This document shows, in pieces, positions 27,421-40,594 of a DNA stretch of 64,000 bases. This DNA is from Schleiferiaceae bacterium (GTDB lineage: Bacteria > Bacteroidota > Bacteroidia > Flavobacteriales > Schleiferiaceae): the NCBI GenBank assembly GCA_964216615.1, contig CAXPFQ010000043.1, positions 10,496 to 74,495 on the forward strand, in the 5' to 3' direction. The position numbers were made by a program, and so were the translations under genes. How positions within the stretch are numbered: the first letter of the stretch is position 1; the number at the start of each line of letters is the position of its first letter. The notes under the pieces are model-generated. The model was not told the DNA's origin. It searched no databases and saw only the letters and a list, made by a program, of their open reading frames with translations.

Positions 27421-27703
27421 GTTACAATGCTAAGAGGCTCTTTTGCTGCATCTAATGTGCTGTAATCTTGTTCCAATACTGAGAAAAAAAACTTCACTTT
27501 AGGAAATAGTTGCAAAGATTTCTACCACAAGTTCCATGGAACTCTTCTTTTAACAGTATAGGTTGATTAAGGTTTTGGTCTTTTTTGGTGGCACCAATAT
27601 CGAAATTATCTTACAAACCTCTATCAACTTTCGGCATTGCTTTCTTAAAAGCTTACCTATTTCTTGAGTGTTCTCAATTCAAGTTAGCATCTTTGCAATG
27701 CTT

Positions 27704-28177
27704 ATGAAGATAGTATTTACGGTTATCGGTAAAACTTCTGAACCATTCATTATCGAAGGGTTTCAATTGTTTGCTCGACGTCTAAAACACTATATCTCTT
27801 TCGAATATGTCGAGCTGCCCGATGTGAAAGGTGGAGGGAAGCTTAGTCCGCAAGCCCTAAAAGAGGCCGAGGCTGAGGTTTTTTTGAAGTTTTTTCAGCC
27901 CGGAGATACCGTTGTTTTACTTGATGAAAATGGAAAAGAATACCACAGCCGTGGATTTGCCGCCCAGATGCAAAAATGGATGAACGGTGGGCCTAAACGG
28001 TTGATTTTTGTAGTCGGTGGTGCCTTTGGTTTTTCAGAGCGTATGTTCGCCGCTGCTCAGTCAAAACTGAGCATGAGTAAAATGACCACTTCTCACCAAT
28101 TAATCCGTGTTGTATTTTTAGAACAGCTCTACCGCAGCATGACCATATTGAATAACGAACCCTACCATAACGACTGA
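27704..28177 (+). CDS. rlmH: 23S rRNA (pseudouridine1915-N3)-methyltransferase
   Basis: From the ATG at 27704 the sequence runs MKIVFTVIGKTSEPF...LIFVVGGAFGFS...MTTSHQLIRVVFLEQLYR, 157 aa. The ORF-track start (GTG 27668) is probably too far upstream. Confidence 0.9.
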   Translation: MKIVFTVIGKTSEPFIIEGFQLFARRLKHYISFEYVELPDVKGGGKLSPQALKEAEAEVFLKFFQPGDTVVLLDENGKEYHSRGFAAQMQKWMNGGPKRLIFVVGGAFGFSERMFAAAQSKLSMSKMTTSHQLIRVVFLEQLYRSMTILNNEPYHND

Positions 28178-29190
28178 TGGGTGCCTACAGCTTTGAAAGC
28201 ATAGCCAATGACCTGAAGGCAGGCAAGTACGCTCCCGTTTACTTCTTCGCGGGTGAGGAGCCGTTCTATGCCCAACAATTGTTGCAAGTCATTGAGAAAG
28301 GAATCTTAGACGAATCTGAACGCAGTTTTAACCAAACCGTCTTATACGGTAAGGAGACAAACATGCTACAGATTCTAGAGGAGGCCAAGCGCTTTCCTAT
28401 GATGAGCGAACGCGTCGTAGTTGTAGTTAAAGAGGCGCAGCACTTAAAAGCGGCGGATTGGGAATTGTTGGCCGGTTATTTAGAGCAGCCCCAGCCAAGT
28501 ACAGTACTGGCATTTGGGCATATGCATAAAAAACTAGATAAGCGCAGCAAGGCGGGAAAAGCTATCAAATCAAACACGGTGTTTTTAGAAAGCGACCCTC
28601 TGCGTGATTACCAAGTAATGCCATGGTTGGAAAAGGAATTAGGCGCCAAGGGCTTCCGCTGCTCTTCCAATGTGGTGGCCGCCATGGCGGAACAGGTAGG
28701 TACGGATTTGAGTAGGTTGTACAAGGAGGTTGAAAAACTCGATGTGGCTATGGGCGACCTGCGTGATTTAACCGCAGAAGATATCGAGCGTCATATCGGA
28801 ATCAGTAAAGACTACAACAACTTTGAGCTCGTGGCAGCCATTGCCGAAGGTAATATTGCCAAGGCATTCAAAATAGTCCATTACTTCAGCAAGAATCCGA
28901 AAGAGCATCCCGTGCAGATGACCACGGGGATCTTGTTCAATTTCGTGAACAATCTGCTGCAGTACCACAGTATGAAGGGTAAGCCAGAAAAAGCCATCGC
29001 CTCCGCACTGAAGATTCATCCTTATTTTTTGAAACAATTTTCTCAGGCGTCCCGTCATTTTAGTCATTCGCATGCGTTAACCATGCTGGAAGAACTCCTT
29101 ATTTTCGACAGAAAATGCAAAGGTGTTATCCCTTCAAGTGCAAATGAATACGAACATTTGAGAGAATGGCTTATCAAGTGCGTACTTTAG
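28177..29190 (+). CDS. holA: DNA polymerase III delta subunit
   Basis: 337 aa starting KAGKYAPVYFFAGEEPFY. The start overlaps the rlmH stop (TGATG). Confidence 0.8.
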   Translation: MGAYSFESIANDLKAGKYAPVYFFAGEEPFYAQQLLQVIEKGILDESERSFNQTVLYGKETNMLQILEEAKRFPMMSERVVVVVKEAQHLKAADWELLAGYLEQPQPSTVLAFGHMHKKLDKRSKAGKAIKSNTVFLESDPLRDYQVMPWLEKELGAKGFRCSSNVVAAMAEQVGTDLSRLYKEVEKLDVAMGDLRDLTAEDIERHIGISKDYNNFELVAAIAEGNIAKAFKIVHYFSKNPKEHPVQMTTGILFNFVNNLLQYHSMKGKPEKAIASALKIHPYFLKQFSQASRHFSHSHALTMLEELLIFDRKCKGVIPSSANEYEHLREWLIKCVL

Positions 29191-29211
29191 CGCAGTACCT
29201 TAGCCTGATAA

Positions 29212-33182
<3,971 letters not shown>

Positions 33183-33185
33183 TTC

Positions 33186-35015
33186 ATGGAAAAACAAAGA
33201 GCCGGTTTTGACCGCAATCAACTCACAGGTATACTACTGATCGCAGTCCTAATGGTTGGATTTGGATGGTGGCAGAGCAGTAATATGCCCGAGCGCCAGC
33301 CTGGATCAGATAATATTCAAAACCCTCAAGATTCAACAAGTAATCTGAATGATGATTCAGATAAGCCCGCAGGAGCTGCCGACTTCGATTCTGCCGTAGC
33401 GGACACTATTGCTTCTGGAGAGTCGATGATTGCTGCTAACGATTCTAATGCTTTCAAAGCAGAAGAGTTCACCATAGAAAATAAAGAACTGCGCTTGACT
33501 TTTTCTACCCTTGGCGCAAAATTGGTTCATGCTCAACTACAGAATCATAAAACCTATTTAAAAGATACCCTTTCCATTATTAACAATAATCAATCCTGGG
33601 ATATCATTATTCCGGGTGATGATGCGCTAAGTACAAAGGAATTTGAACTGATTTCACACACAGGTTCTTCAATAATCTTCGGTTCAGGAGAGACTGAAGT
33701 GAAGGTGAGTTTACCCGAGAAAGGATTCGTCGTCAATTATACGGTAAATGGAAATTCCGTAAATGGTGGAAATCCTGTGCTTACTTGGGAACGTACAGCG
33801 TACAGAACTGAAAAAGGGATCAGCAACGAGCGAATATATTCAACCTATGCCTACAAACTCCGAGAGGATGGAGATGTAGAAAACTTAAGTGGAAGCGGAG
33901 TAAATCAATCAAATTACGAAGTGGGTGCGGTGGATTGGTTAGCCCAAAAGCAGCACTTTTTCTCCTTCATAGTTCATCCGGAGCAAGGTTTTTCCTCTGC
34001 GCGGTTAACCACGGTCAATGGAGGGGAAAATGATACGAATACGATAAAAACATTCAGATCCGAGTCGACCATCGATCAAACCATCAATGGAGCGTATAGC
34101 TTGCCATTTACCTTTTATATTGGACCTAACCAATATCAAACCTTGAAATCTTTAGATCAGGATTATGAAAAGATCATCAACTTTGGATGGGGAATCTTTG
34201 GATGGATTGGCCGTGGCGTTGTGGTACCCATATTTAATTGGTTAGAAGGATACGGACTAAACTACGGTCTTATTATCCTAATCATGGTATTAATCATCAA
34301 AGGGGCTCTTTCTCCGTTAACTTTTGCTTCGTATAGATCTATGGCAAAAATGCGGGTATTGAAACCGCAGATAGAGGCAATTCACAAAAAGTATCCGAAC
34401 AAGAAGGATGCTATGGCAAAACAACAAGCCCAGATGGCCTTGTATAGGGAAGCAGGCGTTAATCCGTTGGGAGGATGTATTCCGGTTCTAGTACAAATGC
34501 CCATTCTTTTCGCAATGTTCCGATTCTTCCCTTCCTCATTTGAATTAAGGGGTCAAAGCTTTTTATGGGCGACGGACTTAAGTACATATGATGCGCTCAT
34601 TTCATGGGATTCGGACATTCCTATCCTAAGCACGCTTTTTGGAAATCACATTTCCATATTTACATTATTGATGACTGGGTCAACCATTCTATATACTAGA
34701 ATGAATCAAAGCATGTCCGCTTCTACGGGTAGTTCAGGTCAAATGAAGCAAATGCAAGTCATCATGTATTTGATGCCACTGATCTTTATGTTCGTATTGA
34801 ACAGCTATCCTGCTGGGCTAACTTACTATTACTTCTTGTCGAATATTGTAACCTTCGGTATGCAATGGGCTATTCGCAGAAGCTTAAATGATGAAGCGAT
34901 TTTGGCCAAGATAGAAGAGAAGAAATCGCAACCCAAAAAGCAAAGTAGGTTTCAAGCACGATTAGAAGAAATGCAACGTCAGCAAAATTTAAATCGCTCG
35001 CAGCGAAGAAAATAA
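33186..35015 (+). CDS. yidC: Membrane protein insertase YidC (long Bacteroidetes form)
   Basis: 609 aa, containing KMRVLKPQIEAIHKKY and MALYREAGVNPLGGCIPVLVQMPILFAMF. Confidence 0.95.
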   Translation: MEKQRAGFDRNQLTGILLIAVLMVGFGWWQSSNMPERQPGSDNIQNPQDSTSNLNDDSDKPAGAADFDSAVADTIASGESMIAANDSNAFKAEEFTIENKELRLTFSTLGAKLVHAQLQNHKTYLKDTLSIINNNQSWDIIIPGDDALSTKEFELISHTGSSIIFGSGETEVKVSLPEKGFVVNYTVNGNSVNGGNPVLTWERTAYRTEKGISNERIYSTYAYKLREDGDVENLSGSGVNQSNYEVGAVDWLAQKQHFFSFIVHPEQGFSSARLTTVNGGENDTNTIKTFRSESTIDQTINGAYSLPFTFYIGPNQYQTLKSLDQDYEKIINFGWGIFGWIGRGVVVPIFNWLEGYGLNYGLIILIMVLIIKGALSPLTFASYRSMAKMRVLKPQIEAIHKKYPNKKDAMAKQQAQMALYREAGVNPLGGCIPVLVQMPILFAMFRFFPSSFELRGQSFLWATDLSTYDALISWDSDIPILSTLFGNHISIFTLLMTGSTILYTRMNQSMSASTGSSGQMKQMQVIMYLMPLIFMFVLNSYPAGLTYYYFLSNIVTFGMQWAIRRSLNDEAILAKIEEKKSQPKKQSRFQARLEEMQRQQNLNRSQRRK

Positions 35016-35035
35016 AAGGAATGCCTTAAAGTAAA

Positions 35036-35061
35036 AGCCCCGCTATTGGCGGGGCTTTTTT
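35036..35061. terminator. Intrinsic terminator after yidC (usable in both directions)
   Basis: Stem AGCCCCGC/GCGGGGCT, loop TATTG, T6 downstream and A4 upstream. Confidence 0.8.
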
Positions 35062-35062
35062 G

Positions 35063-35310
35063 TTAGCACAGTTCGATGCTTTGATTCTCGAAGTTTATGA
35101 TCGTTGGTCCTCCTGTGCACCCGCCGATCTCGTCGAGATAAACGTCCTTATCATCATTACTGATGATCCATTGACCGCTTTGATGTTTGCGTAATGTGCC
35201 CTCTTCGATGACATCGCCAGGTAATGCTCCAATCCAAAGGCTACCTCGTTTTGAGGTGGTTCCAAACAACAACTAAACGTCAGTATTATGGAGAGTAGAA
35301 GCGGTGGCAT
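35063..35310 (-). pseudogene. Small lipoprotein-like gene split across two overlapping frames (possible frameshift or homopolymer miscall)
   Basis: Frame A (35310-35095) opens with ATG and MPPLLLSIILTFSCC, a lipoprotein-type signal. Frame B (35272-35063, TTG start) reads LFGTTSKRGSLWIGALPGD...GGCTGGPTIINFENQSIELC. One extra base in the A3 run at 35264-35266 would fuse them. Confidence 0.3.
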
Positions 35311-35321
35311 AGCGAAAAGAT

Positions 35322-35352
35322 AAAAAAAAGCCCCGCAGTTTCCTGCGAGGCT
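35322..35352 (-). terminator. Intrinsic terminator of the thioredoxin-fold lipoprotein gene
   Basis: The minus strand reads AGCCTCGCAGGAAACTGCGGGGCT followed by T8. Confidence 0.75.
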
Positions 35353-35374
35353 TTCGTAAGCTTATAGAGTCGGC

Positions 35375-36367
35375 TTAGTGGACATGAGTCACTACACCAT
35401 TTACGTAATCGTAATCTCCAGAACCGTCTTGGCGTAATTCCCAAACGATGGTCGCAACACTGTAATCAGCGTTGAAAGGAAGTGAAGGACGTGCGATGTG
35501 GAATTGCAGAGGGGTGTAACGTGTACCGTATACATCACCAGCCGCAAAGGCATTACCTAGTGGGTTTAGATCGCCTAGATTCATTCCCCATGGCCCTAAA
35601 GATACCATTGAAGTATCTGAAGTGGCCGCATCATCACTGTCTACCCAACCAATGACAGCGGCAGTAGCGTGACGGTACAATACCTCATCGTGCGTGTAAA
35701 TAGTTCCAGATTTAATGAGTGGATTTCCATTCACTAGTGCTGCATCCTGTGCCCAAGTTGTTGGAGTCGCACCCGATCCAGTACTTACTTTCGGTAGAGA
35801 ACTGACTTGGTTCAAATCAACGCCATTACCGTAATCCTTGGCCTCAACACCGTTCAATAACAAGTATGATTGAATCATGTAAACGTTATCAAGATTCGTT
35901 TCTAATGCTTTAACGCGTGGATAAACGATGAATTTCGTTGAATCCTTAATGACCTCTGCTTCTAAACCAAAGGCAACTTCAGCTAGGGTAGCAGCAGCGG
36001 CAGCAGCAGCAGGGCTCTGACCTACGTCTGTGTTATTTACGTAGAAGTTAGGTACACCTGAAGTAGGGAAATTATCGTCAAACTTAGCAGAGGCAGCGTT
36101 GTCCGTAGAGAACCAATCACCCACGTGATTTGCGATCAATACTACGCTATCTCCCAATACACCGTCAAGGATGGTCATAATTTCAGCCCCGTTTGGACAG
36201 TACTGACACCATGCACCGGTAGTTTCAATTACCAATGGACGTGCAGCATTGCTCACGGTCAATGAGTCACCCGGGTAGGTGGCGGGCTCAACTGCTGGGC
36301 CGTTTGGCTCACAGGAGGTCATAAATAGAGCGCCTACGATAGCGCCAAATGCTACTAATTTTTTCAT
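35375..36367 (-). CDS. Lipoprotein with a thioredoxin-like WCxxCP motif (possibly Omp28-related)
   Basis: The ORF track extends to 36505. The internal start at 36367 gives the lipoprotein signal MKKLVAFGAIVGALFMTSC. It has an ETTGAWCQYCPNG motif and a poly-Ala tract (PAAAAAAT). Confidence 0.75.
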   Translation of the reverse strand: MKKLVAFGAIVGALFMTSCEPNGPAVEPATYPGDSLTVSNAARPLVIETTGAWCQYCPNGAEIMTILDGVLGDSVVLIANHVGDWFSTDNAASAKFDDNFPTSGVPNFYVNNTDVGQSPAAAAAAATLAEVAFGLEAEVIKDSTKFIVYPRVKALETNLDNVYMIQSYLLLNGVEAKDYGNGVDLNQVSSLPKVSTGSGATPTTWAQDAALVNGNPLIKSGTIYTHDEVLYRHATAAVIGWVDSDDAATSDTSMVSLGPWGMNLGDLNPLGNAFAAGDVYGTRYTPLQFHIARPSLPFNADYSVATIVWELRQDGSGDYDYVNGVVTHVH

Positions 36368-36405
36368 TTCTAGGTTATTTGAGTTACGAAAATATCGAAA
36401 AAACC

Positions 36406-37314
36406 CTAATTCCCACACATTAAATAGTAAACGGGTAGGTGGTCCGAGTATCCGAAAGAAAATCTGTGGCCTATCCAGGAGCGTTTTGGCTTCTTTCCGC
36501 CCCATTTTGTGTCGTTTTCAACAAGTGGATCTGGCGTTAATATTTCCCCGAATACATTCCCGTTTTTCACCAAGGCCCAGTCTAGTTCATTCCATCGTCC
36601 GCGGAACTTGTAAGAGCCTTGTTGAGCTCCGCTCTTCGTGGCTAATACCCAACCGTGTGCCGTAGCTAATGCCATGATGTCGCGGGTGGGTTCGGTATTG
36701 AAATCACCGGCGAGCAGGGTAGGTGTTTGACAGGTATCTAGGCTGTTTAGTATTTTTTTGAGCACCCTCATTCTTTTGTGATGTGATTGTTGTGCCCCGC
36801 CCCGTTTGGAAGGTAGGTGGATGAATACGAGTTGGGACAGGGTGGAATCGGGCCATTGCAATCGCAAGAATAAGGGGTCCCTAGTATGCCATGCTTCGGG
36901 CATTCGAAGGGTATGGGATTGAAGAATTACCACATCTTCATGCACAAGGGCGGCTACATCTATGCCTCTTGAATCTTGACTGTCGTAAAGCACGGGTTGC
37001 CATGGGCCCAATGAACGCAGCGCAGTATGCCGACTCAACGCCAACAGGGCGCCGTAGGTTTCCACCTCGGCGAGGCCTATAACTGAAGGGGGCGTAGGTG
37101 ATTGAATGTGCGCCAATCGCAAGGCGCGCGAGGTTTGGCGGATTTTGAGCCAATAGGTCATGCTGTTATTTTGGCGCGGACCATCGGGAAGGAAGTCCTC
37201 ATCGACATATCCGTAATCATCTATGGTGTCGAAAAGGTTTTCGACATTATAAAAGAGTACCGGTTGGCTGGTAGCGAGGTAAGGAAGTAGTAGGAACAGG
37301 ATTGATTTCAACAT
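36406..37314 (-). CDS. Secreted endonuclease/exonuclease/phosphatase (EEP) family protein
   Basis: Signal peptide MLKSILFLLLPYLATSQ. The NVENLFD start, LAGDFN and SDHLPV are EEP catalytic-type motifs. Confidence 0.85.
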   Translation of the reverse strand: MLKSILFLLLPYLATSQPVLFYNVENLFDTIDDYGYVDEDFLPDGPRQNNSMTYWLKIRQTSRALRLAHIQSPTPPSVIGLAEVETYGALLALSRHTALRSLGPWQPVLYDSQDSRGIDVAALVHEDVVILQSHTLRMPEAWHTRDPLFLRLQWPDSTLSQLVFIHLPSKRGGAQQSHHKRMRVLKKILNSLDTCQTPTLLAGDFNTEPTRDIMALATAHGWVLATKSGAQQGSYKFRGRWNELDWALVKNGNVFGEILTPDPLVENDTKWGGKKPKRSWIGHRFSFGYSDHLPVYYLMCGN

Positions 37315-37350
37315 GAAAAATCAACGAATCCCGAAACTAAAATCTTGCTG

Positions 37351-38535
37351 TTAGTTTCCTTGAAATAATAACAAAGAGGAATCTCCGTAGCTCAGAAAAC
37401 GGTAATCATGAGCTAGGGCATGAGTGTAAATGTCGCGCCATTGTTCGCCTACTCCCGCACTTACTAGAAGCAGTAACGTGGAACCGGGTTGGTGGAAATT
37501 GGTGACGATGCCTTGGACGGTGTTGAAGGAATAGCCCGGTTTGATCATGAGTTGGGTGTGCAAGGCTAATTCCATGACGCCACGTACTTTCAGCGCGTCG
37601 AGCAGGGCTGAATAGGTTTGGGTGACTGTCAAGGAGGGGTTGAGGTTGTACGCTTCGAATTGACCTAAGGGGCTCAACGCTCCGGTTTCTATCAATTTTG
37701 CGCCGATCCAGTGAAAGCTTTCCAAGCTTCTCAGGCTCGTGGTACCGACGGCGATTTTGGGACCCTCGTGCCCCAAATACTGCTCGAGCCATTGCTGAGA
37801 TAGTATGATCTCTTCGTCGTGCATCTGGTGTGCCTCGATTTCTCCTTCTCCCAATGGTTTAAAGGTGCCTGCGCCAACGTGCAGGGTGAGCTCAACCTTA
37901 CTATGCCCGGCTCTTTCCAAGGATTGAAAAACGCGGTCTGTAAAATGAAGGCCGGCAGTGGGGGCAGCTACAGAGCCGTTCGTGTGGGCATATACGGTTT
38001 GGTAACGCTCCACATCATTAGAGCCGGCGTCGCGGTTCATGTAGGGCGGCAAAGGGATTTTACCGGCCCACTCAAGGACTTGGGCAAAGGTGAGGTCGCC
38101 ATCCCAAGTGAATGAAATGACCCAATAGGCTCCGTTTCGGGAGATTTTTTCGGCTCTAAGGGTCGTGCCATTGTCCAGTGCCAATTCCAATGGGTGATCC
38201 TTCCATCGTTTGAGGTTGCCGACCAAGCATTCAAATTGGACGTTGTGCACACTATTCATCGCTTCTTCTACACTCTGGGCATGTGGCCCCAGGCAGAAGA
38301 TTTCAATGGGCTTAGCACCCTCGGTTTTCACAAAATGAAGGCGTGCGCGGACCACGCGCGTGTTGTTGAAGATCAATTGGCTTTGAGGCGGCAGCTGGGC
38401 GGGGAGGTCAGTAAATAATTGGTCCCGAATTATGCCCTCTTTAAATACGAGCAACTTGCTTTGATCGCGCTCCGACAAGGGATGCACTGCAATGCGTGAG
38501 TTGGGTAAGGCGTATTCGAAATCTGATTTTTGCAT
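37351..38535 (-). CDS. queA: S-adenosylmethionine:tRNA ribosyltransferase-isomerase
   Basis: FEYALPNSRIAVHPLSERDQSKLLV, PLPPYM, AAPTAGLHFT, GTTSLRSLES and TNFHQPGSTLLLLVSA. Confidence 0.95.
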   Translation of the reverse strand: MQKSDFEYALPNSRIAVHPLSERDQSKLLVFKEGIIRDQLFTDLPAQLPPQSQLIFNNTRVVRARLHFVKTEGAKPIEIFCLGPHAQSVEEAMNSVHNVQFECLVGNLKRWKDHPLELALDNGTTLRAEKISRNGAYWVISFTWDGDLTFAQVLEWAGKIPLPPYMNRDAGSNDVERYQTVYAHTNGSVAAPTAGLHFTDRVFQSLERAGHSKVELTLHVGAGTFKPLGEGEIEAHQMHDEEIILSQQWLEQYLGHEGPKIAVGTTSLRSLESFHWIGAKLIETGALSPLGQFEAYNLNPSLTVTQTYSALLDALKVRGVMELALHTQLMIKPGYSFNTVQGIVTNFHQPGSTLLLLVSAGVGEQWRDIYTHALAHDYRFLSYGDSSLLLFQGN

Positions 38536-38601
38536 AATGACCGGTACTGCGGATGCAAATTTAGCGTTCCCTACCTTTACACGTCTTATTTCGTGCCAAC
38601 A

Positions 38602-39705
38602 ATGCCCAAACGAATTGTTATCTCTACTTCAAACGACATCAGCACCGATAATCGAGTGCATAAAGTCGCTATGTTGCTGCTATCGCTCGGGTACGAGGTC
38701 CTTTGGGTGGGTAGGAAGTTGCCTAATAGCGTCGACATTGAACGTCCCTATGGGGTGCGGCGCATGGCTTTGATTTTTAAGAAAGGTGCATTGTTTTATG
38801 CCGAACTACAGGTGCGCTTGTTCTTTTTTTTATTGACCCATCGAAGTACACATTTACTATCTAATGATCTGGATACGCTGTTGCCGAACTTTTTGATCTC
38901 TAGATTAACGAAAAGGACTCTTGTTTACGATACACATGAATATTTCTGCGGCGTTCCTGAACTCGAGGGTCGATGGGCGAAGAAGGTGTGGCAAAGATTA
39001 GAGCGCAGTTTGTTTTCGCGTGTGGACCACATTTGGACGGTCAACGAAAGCATAGCGGATTTATACGAGGCCGATTATGGCAAGCGCCCCAAGGTATTTA
39101 GAAACATTAGCCCGATGCCCGAAGGGTTTACTCGAGTCTCAAGAGGGGAATTAGGCCTGCCTGAGGGTAAATTTATCGCGATCAATCAAGGTTCGGGGAT
39201 GAATGTGGACCGAGGTTTAGAGGAAGCTGTAGAAGCCATCGCAGGAATGTCGGAGGAGTGGATGCTTTTGTTGGTGGGGTCAGGAGATGCTATTCCCGCC
39301 TTGAAGGAAAGTGTTCGCGCGCGAGGGCTGGAGTCCAAGGTAATCTTTGTGGGTCGCGTGCCCTACGCACAATTATTACAGTATACGGCCGCGTCGGATG
39401 TAGGATTGAGCTTGGATAAGGACACGAACATCAATTATCGCTTCAGTTTGCCCAACAAGCTCTTCGATTATTTACATTGCGGGATTCCCGTAGTTGCCTC
39501 GCCTTTGGTAGAAGTAAGGCGGATTGTGGAAGAATACGGAGTGGGGGCAACGGTGGATCCTACGGATATCAAGGCTTTACAAACTGAGATAGCCGCAGTC
39601 GTAGCGCAGCGTGAGCAGTTTACTAAAAGAATAGAGCGTGCACAGAGCGCATTAAATTGGGCACAAGAAAGTGAAGAGCTTAAGAAGTTTTACGACCAAT
39701 TGTAG
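38602..39705 (+). CDS. Glycosyltransferase (GT-B fold, GT1/GT4-like)
   Basis: The ATG at 38602 gives MPKRIVISTSNDISTDNRVHK. The ORF-track start at 38530 overlaps the queA start. The C-terminal half contains the NKLFDYLHCGIPVVAS segment. Confidence 0.8.
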   Translation: MPKRIVISTSNDISTDNRVHKVAMLLLSLGYEVLWVGRKLPNSVDIERPYGVRRMALIFKKGALFYAELQVRLFFFLLTHRSTHLLSNDLDTLLPNFLISRLTKRTLVYDTHEYFCGVPELEGRWAKKVWQRLERSLFSRVDHIWTVNESIADLYEADYGKRPKVFRNISPMPEGFTRVSRGELGLPEGKFIAINQGSGMNVDRGLEEAVEAIAGMSEEWMLLLVGSGDAIPALKESVRARGLESKVIFVGRVPYAQLLQYTAASDVGLSLDKDTNINYRFSLPNKLFDYLHCGIPVVASPLVEVRRIVEEYGVGATVDPTDIKALQTEIAAVVAQREQFTKRIERAQSALNWAQESEELKKFYDQL

Positions 39706-40591
39706 GCCGTGCGGCACACAATAATAAAAGCTTATAGAAATCAAAAGATTTTACAGAACCTCTACCGTTGCATAATTGGCGAAAGATTCTTGGTCCAATA
39801 CTCGGATACAATAGTCGTAAAAACATGGCGCCTCCCCAAGATTGTAGCTTTCTGTAGACGGCATATAACCTCACATCTTCATCGATCTTACCGGCATTGA
39901 TTAATACAGCTAGTCCAAGTACGGCAGTTTTAGTTTTCTCCATGAACTCATTGTCTGCATCAATTCCCATATGGTAAGCGGGATTGTCCACATGAACCAC
40001 TGGAATGCATCTGTGCCTTAATTCCAATCCAAAAAGAGTGTCTTCGTGACCATATTCCAAGAGCTCTTCATCAAACTGAATGTTCATTGCTACGTTTCGG
40101 TCCATACAAACGTTAAAGGCAGAAAAGCTGCTGTACGGATTAAGATTTCGACGTTGAGATGAAATACTTTCTTTAACTATGCCCACCTTGTACCTTAGCC
40201 ATTGCTTATGCTCTCTATGGTAAGCTGTGCCTCCTACGAGGACTTTATTTGCGGCAGCGTGTTCAAGGTAATTGGCGACAAAATTAGACTGTACAGGCAA
40301 TGCATCCGCATCTAAGAAAAGTAACTGCTTACCTCGACTTATTTTAATGAGATGGTTTCTATTAGCCGATCGTCCCTGCTGTGCGGTAAAATTATGGTAT
40401 GTAACTCGCGGATATTGTATCCATTCTTCTTTTAGCGGGTGGCTTGAAGCAAACTGATCTGAAATTAAAATCTCAGAAGATGAAAGTGAGTCGTTGGCTT
40501 CTATTTCTTCATGAAGAGCGGCAATCAGAGTTCCGACATCATTGCCATAACTAACAATACAGATGCTTAGGTCAACTGTGCTTTGCTCCAT
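39680..40591 (-). CDS. Family 2 glycosyltransferase (GT-A fold)
   Basis: Sequence runs LSICIVSYGN...LLFLDADALP (DxD-type). Its 3' end overlaps the convergent GT gene by 26 nt. Confidence 0.8.
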   Translation of the reverse strand: MEQSTVDLSICIVSYGNDVGTLIAALHEEIEANDSLSSSEILISDQFASSHPLKEEWIQYPRVTYHNFTAQQGRSANRNHLIKISRGKQLLFLDADALPVQSNFVANYLEHAAANKVLVGGTAYHREHKQWLRYKVGIVKESISSQRRNLNPYSSFSAFNVCMDRNVAMNIQFDEELLEYGHEDTLFGLELRHRCIPVVHVDNPAYHMGIDADNEFMEKTKTAVLGLAVLINAGKIDEDVRLYAVYRKLQSWGGAMFLRLLYPSIGPRIFRQLCNGRGSVKSFDFYKLLLLCAARPTIGRKTS

Positions 40592-40594
40592 GAA

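Noticed and set aside
35990-36012. GCN trinucleotide run (poly-Ala) in the thioredoxin-motif lipoprotein
   Set aside because: It is in frame and only about 6-7 codons long. It is likely a flexible linker, and length changes would not switch the gene off.
38824-38831. T8 homopolymer inside the GT-B glycosyltransferase CDS as a possible phase-variation tract
   Set aside because: Equivalent T8 or A8 runs occur in housekeeping contexts, such as the trmH-family CDS at 59631-59638 and several terminators. The tract is short for slipped-strand switching, so it is not distinctive.
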